This document shows positions 8,614 to 18,935 of a stretch of 64,000 nt of DNA, piece after piece. The stretch spans positions 15,146 through 79,145 of the forward strand of contig JBEDUM010000175.1 in the NCBI GenBank assembly GCA_040414585.1, in the 5' to 3' direction. Source of the stretch: Sphingomicrobium sp. (GTDB lineage: Bacteria > Pseudomonadota > Alphaproteobacteria > Sphingomonadales > Sphingomonadaceae). A program made the translations under genes and the position numbers. The notes beneath the pieces are model-generated. The model was given only the letters and a program-made list of their open reading frames with translations, searched no databases and was not told where the DNA came from. Within the stretch, counting starts at the first letter, position 1. The number at the start of each line of letters is the position of its first letter.

Positions 8614-10239
8614 CTACAGCAGCCATTCGATCGGCAAGTGCGACAGTAGCCAGATCCCGGTTCGCTGAAACTGGGTCGTCCCCGGCTCTACCTTGTGGAC
8701 GATCACGCGCCCTTCGCGTCGTTCGATCCAGTTAAGTTTGCCGTCCTTTGACAGCACGACTTCGTAGGCCGTTGCCGGAATGCTATTTTGAAAGGCATCC
8801 GAGACGGCGCTGGCGAGGGCGGGGCTTTGAATGAGGAAGCCGAGCTCGGTGTTCAGATGCATCGAGCGCGGATCGAAGTTGAACGAGCCGATGAAAATCT
8901 TGCGCCGGTCGATTGAGAAGGTCTTGGCGTGAAGTGTCGTAGCCGAAGAGCGCAGGACCGGACCGCTGTCCGATCCCAGCCCACTACCCGAGCCCATGGA
9001 AAATAGGCGCCTGTGGCCCTCGGTTCCGCCGCCGCCGGCACGCATCTCAAACAGGCGAACACCCTTTTCCAGCAGCGGTCGGCGATAATGCGCATAGCCC
9101 GCCTGGACTATCCATACGTCGCTGGCCTCGAAAGCATTGGTGAAGATTGCTGTGTGGACCCCCGCTTCGGACAGTTGGCCGAGAGCGTCCACGCCTGCCT
9201 GCGTCGGCACGAAATAGGCAGAAACCACCTGAAGCTCGGTGCGCGGCCCGCCCATTGCCTGGCGCAGCGCATTGACCATCAGGGCATCTTGATCTCCCTT
9301 GCCGACACCCTTGGCCGGATCATCGCTGATCATTCGCACCGGCGCCCACTCGAAGGGCAGCGTGCGGTCGAGCATGTGGGCCATGAGCGGCACGCGGGCG
9401 ATCGCCTCGACATATTTGCGCGCCGCGGCGTCGCGCTCCACGAGCGAGGCGTGGCCATGAATGGAGTCGGGGACGGGGGCACTCGTCGTGCGCAAGATTC
9501 GCTCCGCCGGATAAGCCGACTGGCTCGACCAGTAACGGTCGAAATCGGTTGATACGGCGTTTACGACCGGGCCGATCGCGAGCGCATCGGCATCCTCGAA
9601 CAAGCGGCCCTCGGTGGCGGAAAAATATTCGTCGCCGATATTGCGCCCACCAATGATTGTGGCCTCGTTGTCGGCGGTGAAGCTCTTGTTATGCATCCGC
9701 CGGTTCAGGCGGGTGAAATCGGTGACGTAGCCAATCGCTTTCGGGTGCCGAATGACAAACGGATTGAACAGCCGGACTTCAATGTTCGGATGGCGGTCGA
9801 GCGCCGCCAGCACGTCGTCCATACCCCCGATTCCGTTGTCGTCGAGTAGCATCCGGACACGAACGCCGCGATCGGCGGCGTCGAGTATCGCTTCCAGCAG
9901 CAGCGTGCCCGACAGGTCCTTGTGCCAGATGTAATACTGCACATCGAGGCTGCGCCTGGCTGTGCGTGCGAGTAGCACGCGAGCAGCGAAAGCGTCGTAG
10001 CCGTCGAGCAGCATGTGCACGCCCGACTCTCCCCCGTGCCCCCGGCGCATCGCTTCGGCTGCCCGGCCGAGCGGAGTGTCTTCCGTGTCGGCGAAATGGC
10101 GCGAGACAGTGCGCGGCTCGAGCGGAGGCAAAGGATTGAGCAGGCGGAGTGCCAACGCGATGGCGGCGAGCACCGCCACTACAAGGCCCAGATACCGCAG
10201 AAGCAGCAACGGCCTCGAACGCTTGCGCTTGGTTCTCAA
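8614..10239 (-). CDS. phospholipase D family protein (ClsC/YmdC-like cardiolipin synthase)
   Basis: two HKD motifs (MHNKSFTAD, LHAKTFSID), N-terminal TM; start uncertain (TTG 10239 chosen, track gives 10356). Confidence 0.9.
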   Translation of the reverse strand: MRTKRKRSRPLLLLRYLGLVVAVLAAIALALRLLNPLPPLEPRTVSRHFADTEDTPLGRAAEAMRRGHGGESGVHMLLDGYDAFAARVLLARTARRSLDVQYYIWHKDLSGTLLLEAILDAADRGVRVRMLLDDNGIGGMDDVLAALDRHPNIEVRLFNPFVIRHPKAIGYVTDFTRLNRRMHNKSFTADNEATIIGGRNIGDEYFSATEGRLFEDADALAIGPVVNAVSTDFDRYWSSQSAYPAERILRTTSAPVPDSIHGHASLVERDAAARKYVEAIARVPLMAHMLDRTLPFEWAPVRMISDDPAKGVGKGDQDALMVNALRQAMGGPRTELQVVSAYFVPTQAGVDALGQLSEAGVHTAIFTNAFEASDVWIVQAGYAHYRRPLLEKGVRLFEMRAGGGGTEGHRRLFSMGSGSGLGSDSGPVLRSSATTLHAKTFSIDRRKIFIGSFNFDPRSMHLNTELGFLIQSPALASAVSDAFQNSIPATAYEVVLSKDGKLNWIERREGRVIVHKVEPGTTQFQRTGIWLLSHLPIEWLL

Positions 10240-10356
10240 CAATTCCACCGTTCCGCGAAGCACCAGCAATATCTGCTGCCTGGTTTGCTGGAATAGCCAT
10301 GCATCGCGCCTCGGAGCCATGGCAAGAAACCCGACGTTCGCTAGAAGCGCATCCAA

Positions 10357-10381
10357 TGTCCGCTTTGCACATGCCGGACGG
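10357..10381. repeat. decayed TGTCCGCTTT palindrome, copy 3
   Basis: TGTCCGCTTTGCACATGCCGGACGG; shares the 10-mer and TGCC..GACGG with copy 2. Confidence 0.55.
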
Positions 10382-10416
10382 CGGCCTGCTCAACCGACTG
10401 GCGTGCGGCCTCGGAC

Positions 10417-10450
10417 GAAAAGAAAAGGCCCCGCATCGCTGCGGGGCCTT
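10417..10450 (-). terminator. intrinsic terminator of pnp
   Basis: AAGGCCCCGC-ATCGCT-GCGGGGCCTT stem with U-rich tail on the minus strand. Confidence 0.85.
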
Positions 10451-10498
10451 CGTTGTGCACCATGCTCGCCTGTCCCTCGGACAGGCTGCGCGTGGCAC

Positions 10499-12856
10499 TT
10501 ATTCGTTGTCGTCCCCCGTGAGGAACGCCGGGGCGAACTCGGGTGCAGGGCCGTGGTCACCGCCACTGCCTTCGCCACGCTCGCGGCGGGGGCCGCGATC
10601 ACGATCTCCGCGGTCGCCGCGAGGTCCACGATCATCACGACTGCCGCGGTCGCGGCGCGGGCCGCGATCTCGGTCATGGCCATGCCGTCCGCGGTCGCCG
10701 CGATCGCCTCGAGGACCTCGGTCCTCACGCGGCTCGCGCGGCGGGCGGGTGTCGGGGAGCTCCTCACCGGTTTCCTGGTCGACCAGGCGCATCGACAGGC
10801 GGACCTTGCCGCGCGGGTCGACCTCCAGGAGCTTGACCTTGACCTCCTGTCCTTCCGACAGAACGTCGCGGACGTTCTCGACCCGCTCGTTCTTGATCTC
10901 GGAGACGTGAACCAGCCCGTCCTTCCCGGGCATGAAGGTAACGAACGCGCCGAAATCGACGATGCTCGCCACCTTGCCGGTGTAGATGGTGCCGACTTCC
11001 GGCTCCGCGACGATGCCCTTGATCCAGTTCCGAGCGGCTTCGATCTGCGACAGGTCCGAAGACGCGATCTTGATCGTGCCATCGTCGTCTATATCGACCT
11101 TGGCGCCGGTCTCCGCGACGATCTCGCGGATGACCTTGCCGCCGGTGCCGATGACTTCGCGGATCTTGTCCTTCGGGATCTGCATCGTCTCGATGCGCGG
11201 CGCGTGGGCGCTGAGCTCGTGACGGGCTTCGCCAATGGCCTTCGCCATCTCGCCGAGGATGTGGGCACGGCCGTCCTTCGCCTGGGCGAGGGCGGTCTTC
11301 ATGATCTCCTCGGTGATGCCCGCGACCTTGATGTCCATCTGGAGCGAAGTGACACCCTCGCTGGTGCCGGCGACCTTGAAGTCCATGTCGCCGAGATGGT
11401 CCTCGTCGCCGAGGATGTCGCTGATCACCGCGAAGTCCTTGCCTTCGAGGATCAGGCCCATGGCGATGCCCGCCACCGGGCGCTTCAGTGGAACGCCGGC
11501 GTCCATCAGCGCGAGGCTTCCGCCGCACACCGTCGCCATCGAGCTCGAGCCGTTGGACTCGGTAATGTCGGAGAGGACGCGGATCGTATAAGGGAACTCC
11601 TCGACCGTCGGCAGCATCGGGTGAAGCGCGCGCCAGGCGAGCTTGCCGTGGCCGACTTCGCGGCGCCCGGGAGCGCCGAAGCGGCCCACTTCGCCGACCG
11701 AATAGGGCGGGAAGTTATAGTGCAGCATGAAGCGCTGGTAGGAGAGGCCCTCCAGACCGTCGATCATCTGCTCGGCTTCCTTGGTGCCCAGCGTCGTCGT
11801 GACGATCGCCTGCGTCTCGCCGCGGGTGAACAGGGCCGAGCCGTGAGTGCGGGGCAGGAAGCCCACCGAAATCTCGATCGGGCGGACGGTTTTCGTGTCG
11901 CGGCCGTCGATTCGGCGACCTTCCTTGAGGATCGCGCCGCGGACGACGTCGGCCTCGAGGCTCTTCACGAGCTTGCCGGCGACTAGCTGGTTCTGCGGCT
12001 CGGCTTCGGCGAACGCCTCCGCCGCCTTCTCGCGCGCGGCATTGAGCGCATTGGAGCGCTCCTGCTTGTTGGTGAGCTTGTAGGCGGCGTCGATGTCGGC
12101 GCCGATGAGGCTCTTGAGCTGCTTCTTGATAGCGTCCTTGTCCGCGGATGCGGCGAGCTCCCAAGGCTCCTTGGCGGCCTGCTCGGCGAGTTTGATGATC
12201 GCCTCGATGACCTTCTGGCTCTCGCGGTGCGCGAACATGACGGAGCCGAGCATTTCCTCCTCGGAAAGTTCCTTGGCCTCGGACTCGACCATCATCACGG
12301 CGTCCCGGGTGCCGGCGACGACGAGGTCGAGGCGGCCTTCGGCGACCTGCGCCTGGGTCGGGTTGAGGATGTACTCGCCTTCATTGCTGAAGCCGACGCG
12401 TGCGGCGCCGATCGGGCCCATGAAGGGGACGCCGCTCAGCGTAAGCGCTGCGGACGCCGCGATCATCGCGAGGATGTCGGGCTCGTTCTCGCCGTCGTAG
12501 CTCATGACCTGCGCGATCACGAGGATCTCGTTGTAGAAGCCGTCCGGGAACAGCGGGCGGATCGGGCGGTCGATCAGACGGCTGGTCAGCGTCTCCTTCT
12601 CGGTCGCTCCGCGCTCACGCTTGAAGAAGCCGCCGGGAATGCGGCCGGCAGCGGAAAATTTCTCCTGATAGTGGACCGTCAGCGGGAAGAAGTCCTGGCC
12701 GGGCTTCACCGACTTGGCGGCCGTGACCGCGCACAGCACCACGGTTTCGCCGAGGGTCGCGAGCACCGCGCCGTCGGCCTGGCGGGCAACGCGGCCCGTT
12801 TCGAGCTTGAGGGTCTTTCCGCCCCACTCGATTTCGACAGTTTTCGTATTGAACAT
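10499..12856 (-). CDS. pnp: polyribonucleotide nucleotidyltransferase (PNPase)
   Basis: two RNase PH domains ([24 protein letters not shown]), KH, S1, RG/RD-rich tail. Confidence 0.99.
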   Translation of the reverse strand: MFNTKTVEIEWGGKTLKLETGRVARQADGAVLATLGETVVLCAVTAAKSVKPGQDFFPLTVHYQEKFSAAGRIPGGFFKRERGATEKETLTSRLIDRPIRPLFPDGFYNEILVIAQVMSYDGENEPDILAMIAASAALTLSGVPFMGPIGAARVGFSNEGEYILNPTQAQVAEGRLDLVVAGTRDAVMMVESEAKELSEEEMLGSVMFAHRESQKVIEAIIKLAEQAAKEPWELAASADKDAIKKQLKSLIGADIDAAYKLTNKQERSNALNAAREKAAEAFAEAEPQNQLVAGKLVKSLEADVVRGAILKEGRRIDGRDTKTVRPIEISVGFLPRTHGSALFTRGETQAIVTTTLGTKEAEQMIDGLEGLSYQRFMLHYNFPPYSVGEVGRFGAPGRREVGHGKLAWRALHPMLPTVEEFPYTIRVLSDITESNGSSSMATVCGGSLALMDAGVPLKRPVAGIAMGLILEGKDFAVISDILGDEDHLGDMDFKVAGTSEGVTSLQMDIKVAGITEEIMKTALAQAKDGRAHILGEMAKAIGEARHELSAHAPRIETMQIPKDKIREVIGTGGKVIREIVAETGAKVDIDDDGTIKIASSDLSQIEAARNWIKGIVAEPEVGTIYTGKVASIVDFGAFVTFMPGKDGLVHVSEIKNERVENVRDVLSEGQEVKVKLLEVDPRGKVRLSMRLVDQETGEELPDTRPPREPREDRGPRGDRGDRGRHGHDRDRGPRRDRGSRDDRGPRGDRGDRDRGPRRERGEGSGGDHGPAPEFAPAFLTGDDNE

Positions 12857-12868
12857 TTATCGTCCCTT

Positions 12869-12975
12869 CGCCCCACGGCCGGATGCCAGTGGGGGTCATC
12901 TTATGGACGGGCATTCCGGCCCGTCAGCGGTCGGGGCGTTCTTTTAAGCCCCATGAACGCCCCGCCGGATTGCGG
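12869..12975 (-). promoter_or_regulatory. structured pnp leader with a long stem and an alternative hairpin
   Basis: 12869-12887 pairs with 12910-12938; 12933-12941 alternatively pairs with 12955-12963. Confidence 0.55.
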
Positions 12976-12991
12976 GACTGAACATATGCGA

Positions 12992-13013
12992 AGCGGCCCA
13001 ACAGCGGGCCGCT
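12992..13013 (-). terminator. hairpin after rpsO
   Basis: AGCGGCCC-AACAGC-GGGCCGCT; weak U-tract. Confidence 0.55.
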
Positions 13014-13017
13014 CCAG

Positions 13018-13287
13018 TTATTTGCGAAGACCGAGCTTGCCGATCAGATCGCTGTAGCGCGTCTCGTCCTTGCGGCGGAGATAATCGAGGAGCGAACGGC
13101 GCTGGTTGACGAGCATCAGAAGGCCGCGACGCGAGTGATTATCCTTCGCGTGCGTCTTGAAATGCTGGGTGAGGTTGTTGATGCGCTCAGTGAGTATCGC
13201 GACCTGCACCTCGGGCGAACCCGTGTCGCCCTTTGCGCGGGCATGCTCCTTGATCAGCGCTTCCTTGCGCTCCGCGGTAATCGACAT
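13018..13287 (-). CDS. rpsO: 30S ribosomal protein S15
   Basis: [23 protein letters not shown]. Confidence 0.99.
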   Translation of the reverse strand: MSITAERKEALIKEHARAKGDTGSPEVQVAILTERINNLTQHFKTHAKDNHSRRGLLMLVNQRRSLLDYLRRKDETRYSDLIGKLGLRK

Positions 13288-13306
13288 CGCTTCACTCCTA
13301 TTCTCT

Positions 13307-14266
13307 TTAAAGGTTGAACCCCCGGACGACCTTCAGGCCGTCGGCCGTGGCTTCGACCAGCGCCACCGGAGTCCCCTCCAGCATTGCCATGCAAAGCCCC
13401 GGCTGCGCGGGGAACCCGCTCAAGCGCTGTCCATGACGGAGCAGACGAGCCTGGTCGGGGGTGACGGGGAGGGCCGGGATGTCGTCCAGCGCCGCTTGCA
13501 GCGGAACAACCGCCCCATCGAGTTGCCGCGCCTTAGCGGCTTCTTCCAGAAAGTCCAGTGAAATGGCCTGTTCGAGAGAGAAGGGCCCGGCGCGGGTACG
13601 CCTGAGATAGGAAACGTTGCCCACGGTTCCAAGCGCATGGGCGATGTCGCGCGCGAGGGAGCGGATGTACGTGCCCTTGGAAACGGTGGCGGAGAAGGTG
13701 ATTTCGTCCAAGCCGTCATGCTGAACTTGTTTCAGCATCCATTCCCGAGACCGCTGAGCCGGTGAAGAAATGGACCCTGAAACCAGTTCAGGGTGACAGG
13801 CAGCGAGTGAGCGGATGGTGACCGTACGCGATTTCAGTTCCACTTCTTCGCCCGCTCTCGCACGCGCATAGGCTGACTTCCCCTCTATCTTCAGGGCGGA
13901 ATAGGCAGGCGGGACCTGCTCGATCTCACCCGTGAAGCGCGGGAGGATGGCTTCGACCTGATCGAACGTGGGTCGCACGTCGCTAGTCCCGACGACCTTG
14001 CCCTCCGCATCCAGCGTATCCGTCTCCTCGCCGAAGCGGATGGTGAATTCATATTCCTTGGACGCGTCGAGCATCCGCCCACAGAGCTTGGTCGCTTCGC
14101 CGAGCGCGATCGGGAGCACGCCGCTCGCCATCGGGTCGAGCGTGCCGCCATGGCCGACCTTCGTCTTCGGCTCGCCAGCTTGCCGAAGGATACGCTTGAC
14201 CGCGCTGACGGCCGTGGTCGAGCCGAGGCTGACCGGTTTGTCGAGAATGATCCAGCCGTGACGCAT
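13307..14266 (-). CDS. truB: tRNA pseudouridine(55) synthase with a 28-aa palindrome-derived insert
   Basis: [26 protein letters not shown]; start moved to ATG 14266. Confidence 0.97.
   Translation of the reverse strand: MRHGWIILDKPVSLGSTTAVSAVKRILRQAGEPKTKVGHGGTLDPMASGVLPIALGEATKLCGRMLDASKEYEFTIRFGEETDTLDAEGKVVGTSDVRPTFDQVEAILPRFTGEIEQVPPAYSALKIEGKSAYARARAGEEVELKSRTVTIRSLAACHPELVSGSISSPAQRSREWMLKQVQHDGLDEITFSATVSKGTYIRSLARDIAHALGTVGNVSYLRRTRAGPFSLEQAISLDFLEEAAKARQLDGAVVPLQAALDDIPALPVTPDQARLLRHGQRLSGFPAQPGLCMAMLEGTPVALVEATADGLKVVRGFNL
13715..13797. repeat. REP-like palindromic doublet inserted in frame in truB
   Basis: GTCATGCTGAACTTGTTTCAGCATCC ... GGACCCTGAAACCAGTTCAGGGTGAC; each arm is itself a hairpin. 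Confidence 0.88.
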
Positions 14267-14267
14267 T

Positions 14268-14945
14268 TCAGATCGCGATGCGGAAGATGCCCAAGAAGAA
14301 TCGCGTGATGGCGTCGACGACCGGCCAGACCAGGCGGGCGACCACGTTCGCGTTCGGGGAAATCGCTGGGAGCACAAGAAGCAGCACGACCAACAGCAGA
14401 AGCGAATAGCGGCCGATCTTGCGGAAGCTGTGTGCGAGCGGACGCGGCAGCAATCCTTCGACGACATGTCCGCCGTCGAATGGCGGGACAGGGAGCAGGT
14501 TGAAGACCGCCAGGAAGACGTTGATCAACACGAAATTGAGCGCGTTCGCCGCGACCAGCGCTGGCACACCCGTGCGAGCGCCTCCCGAAAGTGAGACGAT
14601 CGCGGCGAGGATCGCCGTGCCTGCGAGCGCGAGCAGGAAGTTCATGCCCGGTCCGGCAAGCGCGACGAGAATCATGTCGCGGCGGGGGTTTCGGAGCTTA
14701 CGGTAGTTCACCGGAACCGGCTTGGCCCAGCCGAAAACCGGCGCGTGGCTGATAGCCAGTATCATCGGCAGTATCACGGTCCCGAACGGGTCGACATGCT
14801 TAATCGGGTTGAAGGTCAGACGACCTTTGCGCTCTGCCGTCGTGTCTCCGAGCTTCCTGGCCACAAGGCCGTGAGCAACCTCATGAAAGACGATCGCGAT
14901 GATCAACGGGATCAGCCAGACCGCGATTTCATAAACAATGTTCAT
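14268..14945 (-). CDS. site-2 (M50) intramembrane metalloprotease
   Basis: FHEVAHG, ALAGP, NLLPVPPFDG; several TMs. Confidence 0.93.
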   Translation of the reverse strand: MNIVYEIAVWLIPLIIAIVFHEVAHGLVARKLGDTTAERKGRLTFNPIKHVDPFGTVILPMILAISHAPVFGWAKPVPVNYRKLRNPRRDMILVALAGPGMNFLLALAGTAILAAIVSLSGGARTGVPALVAANALNFVLINVFLAVFNLLPVPPFDGGHVVEGLLPRPLAHSFRKIGRYSLLLLVVLLLVLPAISPNANVVARLVWPVVDAITRFFLGIFRIAI

Positions 14946-15005
14946 TCGCCGAGCGTCCCGTGGAACGCACCCCCGGTCAAGCTTGGCACCGTGGCAGCTC
15001 CAGGA

Positions 15006-15395
15006 TCAGCAGCGCCCCTCGGTGCCCGACGCCCGGAAGTTACTGATACGGACCGCGTCGGCCTGTTGCGGCCATTGCTCGAAGATCGGTTCGCCGTTCG
15101 CAGGCAAGGTGCAGGGCCGGGCGCCGGCAGGCTTACCGGCTCGGAAGATCTCCGCGCGGAAGGTGTAAGCGACGGGGCTGTTGTTGGTCATGATCATGTT
15201 CGTGCCCATGACTGCCCGAACGGTCACCATTAGTTGGCCCTTGGCCGGCTTCGCGGTGGCCTCGACCTTATGGGCATCGGCAGGCTGGCCGTCCTTGATC
15301 GTGAATACCCAGCTATCGCCGGCCTGGACCGTGAGAGGCGCAGAATGGGATGCCGCCGCAACCGCAAGAAGCATACCCGCAAGAAGGATCTTCAT
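15006..15395 (-). CDS. secreted hypothetical protein
   Basis: signal peptide [18 protein letters not shown]; ATGA overlap with the GNAT stop. Confidence 0.7.
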   Translation of the reverse strand: MKILLAGMLLAVAAASHSAPLTVQAGDSWVFTIKDGQPADAHKVEATAKPAKGQLMVTVRAVMGTNMIMTNNSPVAYTFRAEIFRAGKPAGARPCTLPANGEPIFEQWPQQADAVRISNFRASGTEGRC

Positions 15396-15931
15396 GGCCA
15401 TTCGTCCTTGAGGATCGCGAATAGCACAGTGTCGCGCACATGGCCCGTCCACGTGGTGCGGTCGGCGCGGAGGAGACCTTCGCGAACGGCGCCGAGCTTC
15501 TTCATCGCAGACTGCGAACGCGCGTTGCGTCGGTCGACGCGGAACTCGACGCGCCGAATCCCGCAATCGAACGCGCGCTTCAGCATCATCTCCTTGACGC
15601 GCCGGTTGAAGCCGGTGGCGCGGAACTTCGGGCGATAGTAGGTGCCGCCGATCTCCAGCACTTGCCGACCCTCGTCGATGCCGAGATAGCTCGACATGCC
15701 GGCGAGCTCGTCGCCTTCAAAGAGGACGAAGGTCCGGTTTCGCGGATTGGAGACGTAGCGGTCGATGCTATCGTCGAAGCCGTCTGGGCCGAAGTTGTTT
15801 GCGTAGATCTCCCAGACCTCGCGATCCTCGGTGCAGGCGGACTTAAGCGCCTCGCGATGCTGCTCGCCAAAAAGCTCGGCCGCGCAATTCTCCCCGATCA
15901 TTGGCTCGGCGAGCCGGTCGAGATCGATCAT
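15392..15931 (-). CDS. GNAT (RimJ/RimL-like) N-acetyltransferase
   Basis: [30 protein letters not shown]. Confidence 0.9.
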   Translation of the reverse strand: MIDLDRLAEPMIGENCAAELFGEQHREALKSACTEDREVWEIYANNFGPDGFDDSIDRYVSNPRNRTFVLFEGDELAGMSSYLGIDEGRQVLEIGGTYYRPKFRATGFNRRVKEMMLKRAFDCGIRRVEFRVDRRNARSQSAMKKLGAVREGLLRADRTTWTGHVRDTVLFAILKDEWP

Positions 15932-16320
15932 TCCCGATCGAGATCCTGCGAGACCTTCTCGGAGCGAAGCAGTCGATCGATGTGGGTGCTTTCGTCGAAG
16001 CTCTCATCGGCGATGAACTTGAGCTTGGCAGCATATTTCATGCGGACGCGGTGGGCGACTTCGCGCTGGAGGAAGGCGGTGTTCTGACGGAGCGCTTTCA
16101 GCACCGCTTCCTCGTCCTGGCCGAGGAGGGGCTTCACGAACACAGTCGCATGGCGGAGGTCGGGTGACATGCGCACTTCGGTGACGCTGACGAGGTGCGA
16201 TTGCAGCACATCGTCATGCACGTCGCCGCGCTGAAGCAATTCGCTCAGCACGTGACGAACCTGCTCGCCGACGCGCAGCAGGCGGACCGAGCGGCCTTCG
16301 GCGGTTTCCTGGCGGCGCAT
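15928..16320 (-). CDS. rbfA: ribosome-binding factor A
   Basis: [19 protein letters not shown]; downstream of infB. Confidence 0.98.
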   Translation of the reverse strand: MRRQETAEGRSVRLLRVGEQVRHVLSELLQRGDVHDDVLQSHLVSVTEVRMSPDLRHATVFVKPLLGQDEEAVLKALRQNTAFLQREVAHRVRMKYAAKLKFIADESFDESTHIDRLLRSEKVSQDLDRE

Positions 16321-16334
16321 TTCAATCCCTCCTC

Positions 16335-16398
16335 GTCATTGCGAGCGAAGTGAAGCAATCCAGCCGGATCGCCACGCTGCTTCGCTCCTCCCGATGAC
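16335..16398. repeat. GTCATTGCGAG-family REP doublet (degenerate)
   Basis: GTCATTGCGAGCGAAGTGAAGCAATCC ... CTCCTCCCGATGAC. Confidence 0.85.
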
Positions 16399-16408
16399 GG
16401 CGTGCCCG

Positions 16409-18934
16409 TTAGAGAGTACGCGCGCGCTCCTCGACCTCGAACACTTCGAGGCTGTCGCCCGGCTTGATGTCGTTTGTGTCGGCCAATAGCACGCCGCATT
16501 CGAGGCCCGACGTGACCTCCGCCACATCATCCTTGAACCGCCGGAGCGAACTGATCGTCGTCTTGGAGACGATGACGTCGTCGCGGGTGAGGCGGGCGTT
16601 GAGGCCTTTGCGGATGACGCCTTCGAGCACGAGCAGGCCGGCGGCCTTGTCCTTCTTGCCCGCAGGGAAGACTTCCTTGACCTCGGCGCGGCCGACGACC
16701 GTCTCGATGATCTCCGGCCCAAGCTCGCCGGCCATCGCGCCCTTCACCCAATCGGTGAGGTGATAGATGACGTCGTAGTAGCGGAACTCGACCTTGTTGC
16801 GGTCCGCGACCTCGCGCGCCTTGGCGTTCGGACGGACGTTGAAGCCGATGATCGGCGCGCCGCTCGCCGAGGCGAGTGTGACGTCGCTCTCCGTGATCGC
16901 ACCGACGCCCGAGTGGAGGACGCGGACACGGATCTCGTCGGTCGAGAGGCGGTTGAGAGCATGGACGATCGCTTCGACCGAGCCCTGGACGTCGGCCTTG
17001 ATGACCAGCGGCAACTCCTTGGTCGTCGACGCGTGCGTCGCGAACATGTTCTCCAGGCTCATCGGCGCCGAGGTGGTGCGCTTCTTGTCGAGCACACCCT
17101 GTCGATAGCTCGCGACCTCGCGGGCACGCGCCTCATTCTCGACGACCGTGAACGGATCGCCGGCGGACGGGACCGCGGAGAGGCCGAGGACCTCGACCGG
17201 AACCGACGGCCCCGCTTCCTTCACCTGCCGGCCGCGGTCGTCGATCATCGCACGTACCTTGCCGCTCGATGGACCGGCCACGAACACGTCACCGACGCGG
17301 AGCGTGCCGCGCTCGACGAGCACGGTCGCGAGTGGGCCGCGGCCCTTGTCGAGCTTGGCCTCGATCACCGTGCCTTCGGCGGCGCGGTCGGGGTTGGCTT
17401 TCAGCTCGAGGATCTCAGCCTGGAGCTGGATGGCTTCCAGCAGCTTGTCGAGATTGGTCTTCTTGGTCGCCGAGACTTCAACATCCTGGACCTCGCCGCC
17501 CATGTCCTCGACGATGATCTCGTGCTGCAGAAGCTCCTCGCGGACTTTCTGCGGCTTGGCCTCGGGCTTGTCGATCTTGTTGATCGCAACAATCATCGGC
17601 ACGCCTGCCGCCTTGGTATGGTTGATCGCCTCGATCGTCTGCGGGCGGAGGCCATCATCGGCGGCAACCACCAGCACGACGATGTCGGTGACGTTGGCGC
17701 CGCGGGCGCGCATCTCCGAGAAGGCCTCGTGGCCCGGGGTGTCGAGAAAGGTGATCTTCGACTTGTCGGGCAGGCTCACCTGATAGGCGCCGATGTGCTG
17801 GGTGATGCCACCGGCCTCGTGAGCCACGACGTCGGCGCCGCGGATCGCATCAAGCAGCGAGGTCTTGCCGTGGTCGACATGGCCCATGATGGTGACCACC
17901 GGCGGGCGCGCCTTGAGCGTCTCCGGCGCATCGACGTCGGACGAGGTATCGATGTCGATGTCGGCTTCGCTCACGCGCTTGATGCGGTGGCCGAACTCCG
18001 TCACCAGCAGCTCTGCCGTATCCTGGTCGATCGTCTGCGTGAGCGTGACCGGCATGCCCATCTTGAAGAGGGCCTTGACCAGATCAGCGCCGCGCTCGGC
18101 CATGCGGTTGGCGAGCTCCTGCACCGTGATTGCTTCGGGCACGACCACGTCACGGACCTGCTTGGCCGACGGGCCGACCTCCATGTGGTGGCGCTTTTCC
18201 TTCTCGCGGGCACGGCGGAGTGCGGCGAGCGAGCGGGCGCGGCTGTCGTCCTCCTCGCTGAGGGCGCGGGTGACGGTGAGCCTGCCGCGATGACGGTGTT
18301 CGTCGCCACGGCCACGGCTCGGGCGAGCGGGTTCCGGGCGACGCGCCACCGGGGCATGGCCGCCGGGGCGACGCGCTGCCCGACCCTCTTCCTGTTCATC
18401 GATAAGGGGAACCGCAACTTCGGGCTCCGCGGCCGCTTCCGCTGCCTGACGAACCTCCTCGGCAGCTTCTTCTTCGGCACGGCGGCGCGCTTCCTCGGCC
18501 GCGGCCTCCTCGGCCTTGCGATTCTCTTCCGCGCGGCGGCGCTCATCCTCGCTCTGCTCGGAGCGTTTGCGCTCTTCGCGGCGGCGCGCTTCCTCGAGGG
18601 AGGCGAGCCGCGCTTCCTCGGCCTCACGGAGCAGTTTCGCCTGCATTTCCTTGCGGGCCGTAATTTCATCAGTCGCCGAAGGACGCCGAGGCTGGGGGGC
18701 AGCGGGCGCGGCCGGCTTCGGCGCGGGCTTCAGCGCTTCGGCCTCAGGCTTCGGAGCCTCAGGCGCGGGCGCTTCGCCCGGACGGCCGAGGATGCGCCGT
18801 TTCTTAACCTCCACGACGACCGTGTTGGAGCGGCCGTGGCTGAAGCTCTGCTTGACCTTGCCGGTCTCGACCGTGCGCTTGAGGCCCAGCGGCGGCCGGG
18901 TTCCAAGCTTCGGTTTTTCGGTCTGGTCTGCCAT
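16409..18934 (-). CDS. infB: translation initiation factor IF-2
   Basis: [17 protein letters not shown]. Confidence 0.99.
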   Translation of the reverse strand: MADQTEKPKLGTRPPLGLKRTVETGKVKQSFSHGRSNTVVVEVKKRRILGRPGEAPAPEAPKPEAEALKPAPKPAAPAAPQPRRPSATDEITARKEMQAKLLREAEEARLASLEEARRREERKRSEQSEDERRRAEENRKAEEAAAEEARRRAEEEAAEEVRQAAEAAAEPEVAVPLIDEQEEGRAARRPGGHAPVARRPEPARPSRGRGDEHRHRGRLTVTRALSEEDDSRARSLAALRRAREKEKRHHMEVGPSAKQVRDVVVPEAITVQELANRMAERGADLVKALFKMGMPVTLTQTIDQDTAELLVTEFGHRIKRVSEADIDIDTSSDVDAPETLKARPPVVTIMGHVDHGKTSLLDAIRGADVVAHEAGGITQHIGAYQVSLPDKSKITFLDTPGHEAFSEMRARGANVTDIVVLVVAADDGLRPQTIEAINHTKAAGVPMIVAINKIDKPEAKPQKVREELLQHEIIVEDMGGEVQDVEVSATKKTNLDKLLEAIQLQAEILELKANPDRAAEGTVIEAKLDKGRGPLATVLVERGTLRVGDVFVAGPSSGKVRAMIDDRGRQVKEAGPSVPVEVLGLSAVPSAGDPFTVVENEARAREVASYRQGVLDKKRTTSAPMSLENMFATHASTTKELPLVIKADVQGSVEAIVHALNRLSTDEIRVRVLHSGVGAITESDVTLASASGAPIIGFNVRPNAKAREVADRNKVEFRYYDVIYHLTDWVKGAMAGELGPEIIETVVGRAEVKEVFPAGKKDKAAGLLVLEGVIRKGLNARLTRDDVIVSKTTISSLRRFKDDVAEVTSGLECGVLLADTNDIKPGDSLEVFEVEERARTL

Positions 18935-18935
18935 T

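Noticed and set aside
10013-11986. 657-aa plus-strand ORF opposite pnp (likewise 16760..19015 opposite infB, 19687..21375 opposite nusA, 44480..46075 opposite mmsA)
   Set aside because: Antisense shadow ORFs expected from GC-rich codon bias; no domain motifs; they fully overlap well-supported genes.
14266-14467. N-terminal extensions in the ORF track (truB to 14467, methyltransferase to 22851, PQQ DH from 23314, mmsA to 46291, SCO to 61970)
   Set aside because: They overlap neighbouring genes and lack homologous character; better starts with an RBS or coupling lie downstream.
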